In this document: in pieces, positions 27,961-36,658 of the stretch
Layout of the letters: each line of letters starts with the position of its first letter
Position numbering within the stretch: position 1 is the first letter of the stretch
Source of the DNA: an uncultured bacterium
GTDB lineage: Bacteria; Verrucomicrobiota; Verrucomicrobiia; Verrucomicrobiales; DEV007
NCBI GenBank assembly: GCA_963977015.1
Contig: CAXBMO010000028.1
Location: forward strand, 1-64,000
Direction: 5' to 3'
DNA length: 64,000 nucleotides
Program-made: the position numbers and the translations under genes
Notes under the pieces: generated by a model
Database searches by the model: none
The model's input: the letters and a program-made list of their open reading frames with translations, nothing else
What the model was told of the DNA's origin: nothing

Positions 27961-28776
27961 ATGCGTTTTTCCCGGCACGCCCAACTCCTTTTTCTCGCCA
28001 CCCTCACTCTCGTTGGTTGCGAAGAGTCTGTACGGCAGAAGATCACCGTCACCGGCTCTTCAACCATCGCCCCACTCGTCGCGGAAATCGCCAAACGCTA
28101 CGAGTCGGAGCATCCCGGGATTCGGATTGACGTCCAGACAGGCGGCTCGTCGCGCGGCATCAATGATCCGGTGAAGGGACTCGCCGACATTGGCATGTCA
28201 TCACGCGCGCTCAAGGAATCCGAAATCGATGGCCGCGTTACCCACCTACTCGCGCGAGACGGCGTCGGCTTCATCATCCATGCATCCAATCCGGTCGAGG
28301 AACTCTCCGACGAGCAGATTCTGGGGATCTTTACCGGAACCCTCAACGATTGGGAGGAAGTCGGAGGCGTGGCTGGCGAAATTACCTCTGCCAATCGCGC
28401 CGATGGCCGCTCAGAACTGGAATTGATCATGGAATTCTACGACCTGAAGCGGGCGGACTTCCAGGTGGATCTCATTTCCGGCGAAAACCAGCACGCCATC
28501 AAGACGGTGGCCGGGGATCCGAATGCGATCACCTACCTGTCGATTGGCGCTTCGGAGTTTGATATCGAAAATGGCGTTCCCATCAAATTGCTTCCGCTTC
28601 GTGGGGTCGCGGCTTCCAGCGAAACGGTCGCGTCGGGTCAGTTCCCGTTGGGGCGTCCGCTCCTTCTGGTCACGGCGCCTGAGCCCGCACCTCACATTGC
28701 CGCCTTCATCGAGTTTGCGCGTTCCTCCGAGGTTCATGATTTGGTGAAGCAACAATCTTATGTCCCGGTACAGTAA
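27961..28776 (+). CDS. pstS: Phosphate ABC transporter substrate-binding lipoprotein
   Basis: LVGC lipobox, TGSSTIAPL, GGSSRG, ADIGMSSR. Confidence 0.9.
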   Translation: MRFSRHAQLLFLATLTLVGCEESVRQKITVTGSSTIAPLVAEIAKRYESEHPGIRIDVQTGGSSRGINDPVKGLADIGMSSRALKESEIDGRVTHLLARDGVGFIIHASNPVEELSDEQILGIFTGTLNDWEEVGGVAGEITSANRADGRSELELIMEFYDLKRADFQVDLISGENQHAIKTVAGDPNAITYLSIGASEFDIENGVPIKLLPLRGVAASSETVASGQFPLGRPLLLVTAPEPAPHIAAFIEFARSSEVHDLVKQQSYVPVQ

Positions 28777-29626
28777 GGACTGGTTTCTCGTTTGGAGCCT
28801 GCGGATCTGCGCCTTTGTCGCCGGCGCGATCACGCTGTTGGTTGCGGTCTTCATTGTCGGCGAAAGCCTCCCCGCGTTGCGACACGTCGGCGTCTCCCGT
28901 TTTTTCACCGATCCATCCTGGCATCCTGACGAATTTGCTGCGCAGGGAACGTTCAACCTCGTTCCCATGCTGGCCGGCACCCTCATCATCATGACGGGAT
29001 CGGTGCTTCTCGCGACTCCGTTTGGAATCGCCGCCGCAGTCTTCTGCCACTACTATGCGCCGCCGTTCATCGCCCGAATCTACCGGCGAATCCTCGAGCT
29101 CCTCGCCGGAATTCCGTCGGTCGTCTTCGGATTCTGGGGGCTCGTCGTGCTCGTGCCGATCATCAATCAAATCCAACCACCGGGGCAGAGCGTCCTCGCC
29201 GCGACGCTCATTCTTGCCCTCATGATTCTGCCGACCATCGCGCTGATGGCGGATGCCGCGTTGGCCAATGTGCCGGTCGATTTTCAGCGGGCCGCGGCCT
29301 CGCTCGGCCTCACGCACTGGGCCACGATTCGCGGAGTCATTCTTCCGGCGGCGCGTTCCGGACTCTTCACCGGAGTCATCCTGCAAAGCGGACGCGCGAT
29401 TGGCGAGACGCTGGCCGTTCTCATGGTCGCCGGCAATATTCCCAAGATCCCGAGCAGCTTCTTTGAGCCCGCCCGCACCCTAACCGCAAACATCGCCCTG
29501 GAAATGGCGTATGCGCTCGGCGATCATCGGTCGGCCTTGTTTGTGACCGGCTTCCTTCTTCTCCTTATCATCATCGCGTTGGTGGCTGCGGCAGAGTGGA
29601 TCAGCAAAGGGAGGATTTATGACTGA
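28760..29626 (+). CDS. pstC: Phosphate ABC transporter permease
   Basis: ELLAGIPSVVFGFWG, GRAIGETLAVLMVAGN. Confidence 0.92.
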   Translation: MSRYSKDWFLVWSLRICAFVAGAITLLVAVFIVGESLPALRHVGVSRFFTDPSWHPDEFAAQGTFNLVPMLAGTLIIMTGSVLLATPFGIAAAVFCHYYAPPFIARIYRRILELLAGIPSVVFGFWGLVVLVPIINQIQPPGQSVLAATLILALMILPTIALMADAALANVPVDFQRAAASLGLTHWATIRGVILPAARSGLFTGVILQSGRAIGETLAVLMVAGNIPKIPSSFFEPARTLTANIALEMAYALGDHRSALFVTGFLLLLIIIALVAAAEWISKGRIYD

Positions 29627-30485
29627 TCTCACGTTGCGTCAGACTTCCAATTGGCAGGATCGCGTCGCCGCCGGGGTCATGTGGCTCATGGCGTCGTTGG
29701 TCATGGCGGTCTTTTTCTGGCTCATTACCAGCATTGTCCGACACGGGCTTCCCGCCCTTTCCTGGGAATTCCTCACGGCCGCCCCCTCAAACCAGGGTCG
29801 TTCCGGCGGAATTGGCCCCATCCTGGTTTCGACCCTGCTGATCCTCATCGTCTGCATGGCCGTATCGCTTCCCATCGGACTGGGTAGCGCGATATTGCTG
29901 GCGGAGTTCACCCCGGAATCACAATGGTATGGGCGGTTGGTGCGGTTGAGCCTCGACGTTCTCGCGGGAATTCCTTCGATCGTCTTTGGTCTCTTCGGAA
30001 CCGTCTTCTTTTGCCAGGTTCTCGGCATGGGCTACTCCATTCTGGCGGGTGGGCTCACCCTTGCCTGTATGGTGTTGCCGATCCTGATTCGCACCTCCGA
30101 GATGGGGCTCAGTTCCGTTCCGCAGGAATACCGGGCGGCCGCCGCATCACTGGGGATTTCGAAAACCAGTTCCCTGATTCACCTGTTGTTGCCCGCCGCC
30201 ATTCCCGGACTGCTTGCCGGGTTCATTCTCGGGCTTGGTCGCGCCATTGCCGAGACCGCCGCGCTGCTCTTCACCAGTGGTTACGTGGACCGCATGCCGG
30301 AGTCCCTTCTCGATTCCGGGCGATCGCTCACCGTCCACATTTTCGACCTGGCAATGAACATTTCCGGCGGCAACCAGAACGCCTACGGCTCGGCCCTGGT
30401 CCTCCTTATTTTCTTGCTGATCATCAATGGCAGCGCTTCCTGGATTGCCAACCGTTGGCTTCACCGCCGCATCATCCGCACATGA
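29619..30485 (+). CDS. pstA: Phosphate ABC transporter permease
   Basis: GGIGPILV, LAGIPSIVFGLFG, GRAIAETAALLFT. Confidence 0.92.
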   Translation: MTDLTLRQTSNWQDRVAAGVMWLMASLVMAVFFWLITSIVRHGLPALSWEFLTAAPSNQGRSGGIGPILVSTLLILIVCMAVSLPIGLGSAILLAEFTPESQWYGRLVRLSLDVLAGIPSIVFGLFGTVFFCQVLGMGYSILAGGLTLACMVLPILIRTSEMGLSSVPQEYRAAAASLGISKTSSLIHLLLPAAIPGLLAGFILGLGRAIAETAALLFTSGYVDRMPESLLDSGRSLTVHIFDLAMNISGGNQNAYGSALVLLIFLLIINGSASWIANRWLHRRIIRT

Positions 30486-31276
30486 GTTCCGCGCACCCAA
30501 CCCTTTCCAATTCGCCGATTCTGTCGACTGAGAAACTGTCGCTCCGCTATGGAGTAAAGACAGCCTTCCGCGAGGTCTCCCTGGGCCTTCATCCCGGGCA
30601 GATCCTGGCTCTGGTTGGCCCGTCCGGATGTGGGAAATCCAGCCTCCTGCAAAGCCTCAATCGCTTGACCGATCTCATCCCCAATTGCCACGTTCAGGGC
30701 TCCATTCTGTTCGCGGGAACAAACGTGGCGAATGGAGACACCGATGTGGTTCAACTGCGCCGTCGCATTGGTCTCATCTTTCAGAAACCGAACCCGTTTC
30801 CCTATTCGATTCGCCGGAACCTGGAATTCCCGCTCAAGGAACACGGCGTCAAACCCGCGGCGGAACGCGAAACCATCATCGAAAAGTGCCTTCAGGAGGT
30901 CGGTCTCTGGAACGAGGTCAAAGACCGGCTCGACAGCCCGGCGACCGCGCTTTCCGGAGGGCAGCAGCAGCGACTCTGCATTGCCCGCTCCCTTGCTCTC
31001 AGTCCGGAGATTCTGCTCCTCGACGAGCCGTGTAGTGCGCTGGACCCGCTTTCCAGCGGAATGGTCGAAGACCTGATTGCCCGGCTTCGCGGCAGCTACA
31101 CCATCGGGATGGTAACGCATAATCTGGCCCAAGCCCGCCGCATTGCGGACCACGTCGCTGTCATGTGGGTCCAGGATGATGCGGGGCGACTGGTGGAAAG
31201 CGGCACAACCCGCGAAGTCTTCGAAGATCCGCAACACGATTTGACGAAAGCCTACATCAGCGGCCAGCGCGGCTGA
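30482..31276 (+). CDS. pstB: Phosphate ABC transporter ATPase
   Basis: GPSGCGKS, FQKPNPFP, LSGGQQQRLCIAR, DEPCSALDP. Confidence 0.94.
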   Translation: MSSAHPTLSNSPILSTEKLSLRYGVKTAFREVSLGLHPGQILALVGPSGCGKSSLLQSLNRLTDLIPNCHVQGSILFAGTNVANGDTDVVQLRRRIGLIFQKPNPFPYSIRRNLEFPLKEHGVKPAAERETIIEKCLQEVGLWNEVKDRLDSPATALSGGQQQRLCIARSLALSPEILLLDEPCSALDPLSSGMVEDLIARLRGSYTIGMVTHNLAQARRIADHVAVMWVQDDAGRLVESGTTREVFEDPQHDLTKAYISGQRG

Positions 31277-31371
31277 CGGCTTCAACAGAATCAAACGTTC
31301 TTGGGAAAACATCGCGATGTCGTAGTCGACTCAGCGAAACGCAATCCCTTATGATTGCCCGATAGTTCAGG

Positions 31372-32748
31372 CTAACTTGGTTCCTTGCCTTCCGAAGCCG
31401 AGATTCGCTGAAATTCATAGATCGCGCCCAGCTCAAGGATTTGCGTCAAAAGGTCCAGTGCGACATTGGATTCTTCGATCAGTTGGGGATCGACGAGATC
31501 GTTGAAACGAAGCTCCTCGCGATAGTGGGTTTCCACCCAACGCCGCAGTTCGCCATCCAGTTCCGGGGTGTAGCGGATCCCGGCGTGCATTCCCGCCAGG
31601 GCCTGGTCGTCAAGTGCGACCCGAAGCCGGAGACAGGCCGGCCCGCCCCCGTTCTTCATGCTTTCGCGCAGCGGAACGTAATGCACCTCGCTCACCGGAT
31701 TGGTTCCGGCGAGGATTCGCTCGACGCAGTCGCGGGCCCGGTCGTGGTTGCGGCATTCCTCGGGAAGGAACAGGGCGAATTCGCCTTCCCGGTCCGGCAG
31801 GCTGAGAAGCAGGCTGTTAAAGAGGTAAGTCTGCACGGCTTCCTCCACACTGAGTTCGTCGCGCGACACCCGGACGGTGACGAGGGCCGGGAACGCGTTC
31901 CGGATCTGGTCGACGGCGTCTTCACCGGCGGCAAAGGCGTCCTCGTGGTAGAGCAGGAGATGCTCGTGGGCCACGGAAATGACGTCGTTGTGAAAGACGC
32001 CCGCGTCGATCGCGGCGGGGTTCTGCTCCAGAAAGAGGGTGCGCCTGGAGTCGAGCCCGTGGCGGCGAGCCACCGCCTGTGACGCTTCCAGGGTCTGTCG
32101 GGCCGGGAAACGCGACGGAGCCCGGCTCTGGCCGGATGACGGATACGCCGCTGCGCCATAGACGAAAACCTCGACGCCCGGCGAGTCGCCGTCGTTTGTG
32201 ACGTCCCAAAACCGGAGGTGATTCGCCGCGCCTTCGTCCCGCAGTGCGGCGTTGGCCGGTAGCGGTGGGTGATGGGCAAAGTGCGGTCCCGGTGGAAAGA
32301 TGCGTTTCAAGAGCCGGCTGGTGAAGTCCGCTTCGAGTGCGCGGTGAAACTGGCTCACGAGGTTGGCCGGGGAAAAATGGACCCGTCCGTCGCGACTGTC
32401 CGCCGCGGGGGAAACGGTGGCGGCGTTGGCGCTCCACATCGCGGAGCTGCTCCAGGCGCCGTAGAACAATTCCGGGGCCTCGCGCCGCGCCGCGCTGAGC
32501 AGTTCGCCGTCGGAGCCGGAAAACCCGAGTTCGCGCAAGACCGGAAGGCAGGGCCGCTGATGCGGCGGCATCACCGCCACGGGAATCCCGAGATCATAAA
32601 CCCGTTTCATCTTGTCGAGCCCCTGCATCGCGGCGAGCCGGGGCCGCGACGTTTCGAAGCGATGCTTCATGGAAGCCAGATTGCCGGAGGCCAATCCACC
32701 GAAATTGTGGCTCGGCCCGGGAAGGCCGTCGAGATTCAGTTCATGCAT
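31372..32748 (-). CDS. astB: N-succinylarginine dihydrolase
   Basis: ELNLDGLPGPSHNFGGLASGN, SSAMWSANAATVSP, DEGAANH, GVFHNDVI, SMKNGGGPACLRLRV. Confidence 0.96.
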   Translation of the reverse strand: MHELNLDGLPGPSHNFGGLASGNLASMKHRFETSRPRLAAMQGLDKMKRVYDLGIPVAVMPPHQRPCLPVLRELGFSGSDGELLSAARREAPELFYGAWSSSAMWSANAATVSPAADSRDGRVHFSPANLVSQFHRALEADFTSRLLKRIFPPGPHFAHHPPLPANAALRDEGAANHLRFWDVTNDGDSPGVEVFVYGAAAYPSSGQSRAPSRFPARQTLEASQAVARRHGLDSRRTLFLEQNPAAIDAGVFHNDVISVAHEHLLLYHEDAFAAGEDAVDQIRNAFPALVTVRVSRDELSVEEAVQTYLFNSLLLSLPDREGEFALFLPEECRNHDRARDCVERILAGTNPVSEVHYVPLRESMKNGGGPACLRLRVALDDQALAGMHAGIRYTPELDGELRRWVETHYREELRFNDLVDPQLIEESNVALDLLTQILELGAIYEFQRISASEGKEPS

Positions 32749-33117
32749 GGTAGGGATTTTAAGGAGTTGTGGTCACGGGTTTCCGGAATCAATCAACGCA
32801 TCATCATCAACGTTGGACGTAGCAGAGTGAATCGCCCTTGCTCAATTCGCGAACTTCGGAACCTGGGTCAGGATAACCAATTCGAAAACCGGTACGCTCG
32901 GGGATGGAGCGAACCCTGGAACAAAACGCAGGCCGCCCATCGAAGATCAAGCGACCGAATTCAACCGAACCGTTTTTGCAACATTTTTGCAGCAACAGCA
33001 CTTTTTTGAGACAGAACCCCCGAGCCGCATCGCTTAAAGAGATGATAGGCGAAGTTTGACAGCACACACCGTGACTTTCCGTCCACCCTTCATGTCAAAC
33101 CTTAGCACATCGGAATC

Positions 33118-33795
33118 TTGACCCGAACCTCATCCCCTCCCCCAAGGACCCTGAACGAGACCAGCGATACTGAGCTGGTTGAATACTGCCAACAAGAAAT
33201 CAGCAAACGACAATTGAGCGCCTACCAGGAACTCTTGCGACGACACGAAACGCTCGTGTTCAGTACCTGTATCAACATGCTCAACAACGTCCAAGATGCC
33301 GAGGAAGTCTGCCAGGATGCCTTCCTTCAAGTCTACAACAAGATCCATCAATTCGAGGGACGTTCCTCGTTCAAAACCTGGCTCTACCGCATCGTTTACA
33401 ACCTTTGCCTGAATCGGCGCAAGTCCTCCATGGCACGGCGAAACCGGGAACACACGGCCGGGGAAACCTACGTTCAAGAGGTCGAAACTCAGCAATTGGC
33501 CTACTTTGCCGCGACTCCCGATGACCGGGTACCCATCGCGTTAAGCAAATTGGGTGAAAAAGAACGACAGATCTTGCGCCTGCGCTTCGTGTCTGACCTG
33601 AGCCTGAATGAAATTTCCGACTTCCTCGGACTTGGATTGAGCGCCACGAAGATGCGTCTCTACCGAGCGATGGACGAATTTAAGAGAATCTACACCGCCC
33701 TCCCAGCGACCCAGAAAACAGACACACGAAATGACCCCAGCGACGGAAAACCCATCCTACGAGGAGCTCGAATGCGAGCTAAGCCACCTATTTAA
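33118..33795 (+). CDS. ECF sigma factor, SigX-like
   Basis: DAEEVCQDAFL..FEGRSSFKTWLYRI, LRFVSDLSLNEISDFLGLGLSATKMRLYRA; start uncertain. Confidence 0.9.
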   Translation: MTRTSSPPPRTLNETSDTELVEYCQQEISKRQLSAYQELLRRHETLVFSTCINMLNNVQDAEEVCQDAFLQVYNKIHQFEGRSSFKTWLYRIVYNLCLNRRKSSMARRNREHTAGETYVQEVETQQLAYFAATPDDRVPIALSKLGEKERQILRLRFVSDLSLNEISDFLGLGLSATKMRLYRAMDEFKRIYTALPATQKTDTRNDPSDGKPILRGARMRAKPPI

Positions 33796-33918
33796 ACCTC
33801 TCCAACAACATCAGCCCCAGGCGTCGTCCATTGACGTCGTGATGTTGAAGTGCATCGCGAAGCACCAGAGTGTGGGGATCATCAAACCCGTCTCGGGAAA
33901 TCCGACCCAACGTTCGAA

Positions 33919-35277
33919 CTAACCCGACTCATTCCGCAGCGCCTTGGCTGCATCCATGCGGGCCGCGAAAAAGGCGGGCAACAGGGAAGAAAACGCGCAG
34001 GCGAGAAACGCCGCGCCGGTGATAAAAGCGATATCCACGGTGGTGAGCTTGGCGGGTAGCTCATAGAAATGGTAGACATCCGCGGAAAAGATTTCGATTC
34101 CGGAAAGGTCGCCCATCCATTTCAGGAAAAACTGGCGGAAGTAGAGGAAGAAGAACGCGGCGAGAACTCCTGAAACGGCTCCAATCGCTCCGACGGCAAA
34201 TCCCTGCCCCAGGAAGACGCCGATGATCTGATCGATCCGCGCGCCCAACGCTTTCAACAAGCCAATTTCGCGGCGGCGCATTGTCGTGACCGTGATCATC
34301 GTGTTCATGATGCAGAATCCGGCGACCACGATGATGATCGAGAGCAGGACATACATGATGAGCCGCTCCAACGCGACCAGCTCAAAGATATTGCCGTTTC
34401 GCTCCATCCAAGTGTTCACATTGAGCGGAGGCTCGATCACCTCGAACAATTCGCCCTGCACGATTTCGGCGCGATACGGATCCTCCAGATGGAGCATGAG
34501 TCCGTGAACGCCGAAGCTGAGATTGTAGAGCACTTGACCAATCTCGAGAGGAACAAAGACAAACTCCTCATCGTAGTCCTGGCGCCCGGAATCGAAAATG
34601 CCGGTCACCCTTAATTCGATCGAGGGGATATATTCCTCCATCTCCACTTCCTCGCCATCTTCCTTGAGCGCGTTGAAGATTTCGCGACCATTGGCCAGCG
34701 AATGCACGATGACGCTATCGCCCAGACTGATTCCCATCTTCTCGGCAAGCGCCTTTCCCAGCACAACATTGTCGTCAGTCAGATCGAATTCGCCTTCCTT
34801 GATCAGATTGTGAAGCTTGCGCTCAATTGGCGGAAGATTTTTGACCGCATCCGGATCCCCGGGATCGGGCGGAAGCGCTTCCGGGTAAAGTCCCTGAACC
34901 GTGACCACCCAGAGTCGGCGATCGAAATCGAGAACGACCTGACCGTGAGAGAACGGCGCGACTCCCACGACTTCCGGATGCGTCTCCGCCGCTTCCTTTA
35001 CCTCCGGCCATTCATAGAGCACGCCGCTATGCCCGACGACAAGGTGAGGCTGAAACCCCAGCACCGTTTCGCGCATCTTGATGCTGTAGCCGGTCATGAT
35101 CGCGATGACCGCCGTAAGAATTCCCACGCCGAGCATCACCCCAATGATGGAGACCACCGTGATCAGCGAAACGAAGTTCCGCTTGGGACGAAGGTAGCGC
35201 AGCCCGAGAAAGAAACTCACCGAGGAGTTGAGATACCGGAACACGGATTGAAACCACTCGCGAATCTTGCTGATCAT
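33919..35277 (-). CDS. LolC/E-family ABC permease
   Basis: LRYLRPKRNFVSLIT..IGVMLGV, RREIGLLKALGA. Confidence 0.9.
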   Translation of the reverse strand: MISKIREWFQSVFRYLNSSVSFFLGLRYLRPKRNFVSLITVVSIIGVMLGVGILTAVIAIMTGYSIKMRETVLGFQPHLVVGHSGVLYEWPEVKEAAETHPEVVGVAPFSHGQVVLDFDRRLWVVTVQGLYPEALPPDPGDPDAVKNLPPIERKLHNLIKEGEFDLTDDNVVLGKALAEKMGISLGDSVIVHSLANGREIFNALKEDGEEVEMEEYIPSIELRVTGIFDSGRQDYDEEFVFVPLEIGQVLYNLSFGVHGLMLHLEDPYRAEIVQGELFEVIEPPLNVNTWMERNGNIFELVALERLIMYVLLSIIIVVAGFCIMNTMITVTTMRRREIGLLKALGARIDQIIGVFLGQGFAVGAIGAVSGVLAAFFFLYFRQFFLKWMGDLSGIEIFSADVYHFYELPAKLTTVDIAFITGAAFLACAFSSLLPAFFAARMDAAKALRNESG

Positions 35278-35278
35278 A

Positions 35279-36571
35279 TCAGGTAACAGCCTCATTTCGA
35301 AGAGCTTCGGCGGCATCGAGCCGCGCGGCAAAATACGCAGGCATGAGCGAAGCCAGCGCGCAGCATAAAAACGCGCCGCCCGAAATCACGACGATATCGA
35401 CAATCGTGATCTTGGCCGGCAATTCATAGAGCATTCGCATCGCGGGAGAAGAGAACAGATCCACGCCGGACACTGCAGCGATGAGTTTGGCGAGGCTCTT
35501 GCGAAGCAGCAGCGTGAGGAAGGCCAACAGCAATCCCCCCACCGTTCCCACCAGCCCCACGATGATTCCCTGATAGAGGAACGGGCCGACAACCTGGCTC
35601 GTGGTCCCGCCAACGGCTTTCATCAGGCCAATTTCTCCCCGCTTTTGGGTCGTCACCGTGATCATCGTGTTCATGATGCAGAACCCGGCCACGACCATGA
35701 TCATGAAGAGCAACAGATACATGTTGAGACGCTCCAGGGCGACGGCGTCAAACAGCGCTTTGTTTCGATCGGTCCACGTTTCCACCACCAGGGGACTCAC
35801 CGCCGTTGCCAGACTTCGCTTGATCGCCTTCATCTTGTGAGGGTCTTCAACCTGAACCGCGATGCCGCTCGCGCCACGTCCCAAATCGTAGAGGCGCTGT
35901 CCGATCTCGAATGAGACAAACAGGATCTTGCCCTCAAAATCCGGACGATCGGCGTCGTAAATGCCGGTCACGGTCAACTCGGCAGGCTCAACCAGATTAT
36001 CCCGTTTGGGATCCCGGCTTTCGCTCTGCGCATCGAGCAACTCGCGACCGTTCACCAGGCTGTGAAGCAATAGCTGGTCGCCCAGCGCAATCCCGAATCC
36101 GTTGGCCAGTTCGCGACCAATCACCACCCCGTCGCCTTCCACATCAAAGCTCCCCTGTCCCTTCTCGACGAGCGTCTCATACCGCTTCCAAATCGATCCG
36201 GATTCATTGCCGGGTTTCACGCCCTTCAACTCGACGACCCAGACGCGGTTGTCGTAATCCAGAACCGCCTGCCCGTAACTGAAGGGCGCCGCGTCAACCA
36301 CTCCGGCTTGCGTCCGGACCTTCTCAAAAACCGGCTCCCAATCGTTCATGGGATCGTCTTTCTCTTGTTTGACGATGACGTGAGGTTGGAACCCGAGGAT
36401 CGACTCTCGCATGTCGATGTTGAACCCGGTCATTACCGCGATCACGACCGTGAGCGCCCAAACTCCCAGCATCACCCCCAAAACCGAAACAATCGTGATA
36501 ACGGAAACGAACGTCCGCTTGGGACGCAGGTAGCGCAGGCTTAGAAACAGGCTGAACGATCGTTTTAGCAA
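35279..36571 (-). CDS. LolC/E-family ABC permease (paralog)
   Basis: LRYLRPKRTFVSVIT, GEIGLMKAVG. Confidence 0.9.
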   Translation of the reverse strand: MLKRSFSLFLSLRYLRPKRTFVSVITIVSVLGVMLGVWALTVVIAVMTGFNIDMRESILGFQPHVIVKQEKDDPMNDWEPVFEKVRTQAGVVDAAPFSYGQAVLDYDNRVWVVELKGVKPGNESGSIWKRYETLVEKGQGSFDVEGDGVVIGRELANGFGIALGDQLLLHSLVNGRELLDAQSESRDPKRDNLVEPAELTVTGIYDADRPDFEGKILFVSFEIGQRLYDLGRGASGIAVQVEDPHKMKAIKRSLATAVSPLVVETWTDRNKALFDAVALERLNMYLLLFMIMVVAGFCIMNTMITVTTQKRGEIGLMKAVGGTTSQVVGPFLYQGIIVGLVGTVGGLLLAFLTLLLRKSLAKLIAAVSGVDLFSSPAMRMLYELPAKITIVDIVVISGGAFLCCALASLMPAYFAARLDAAEALRNEAVT

Positions 36572-36658
36572 AATGGACGGGTCTTGGCGCAGCGGTGAGC
36601 GGCGGGTTGCGAACTAAGAAGGAGAAGTTTCAGCCTTTCACAAGCAATTCCCGTTGCC

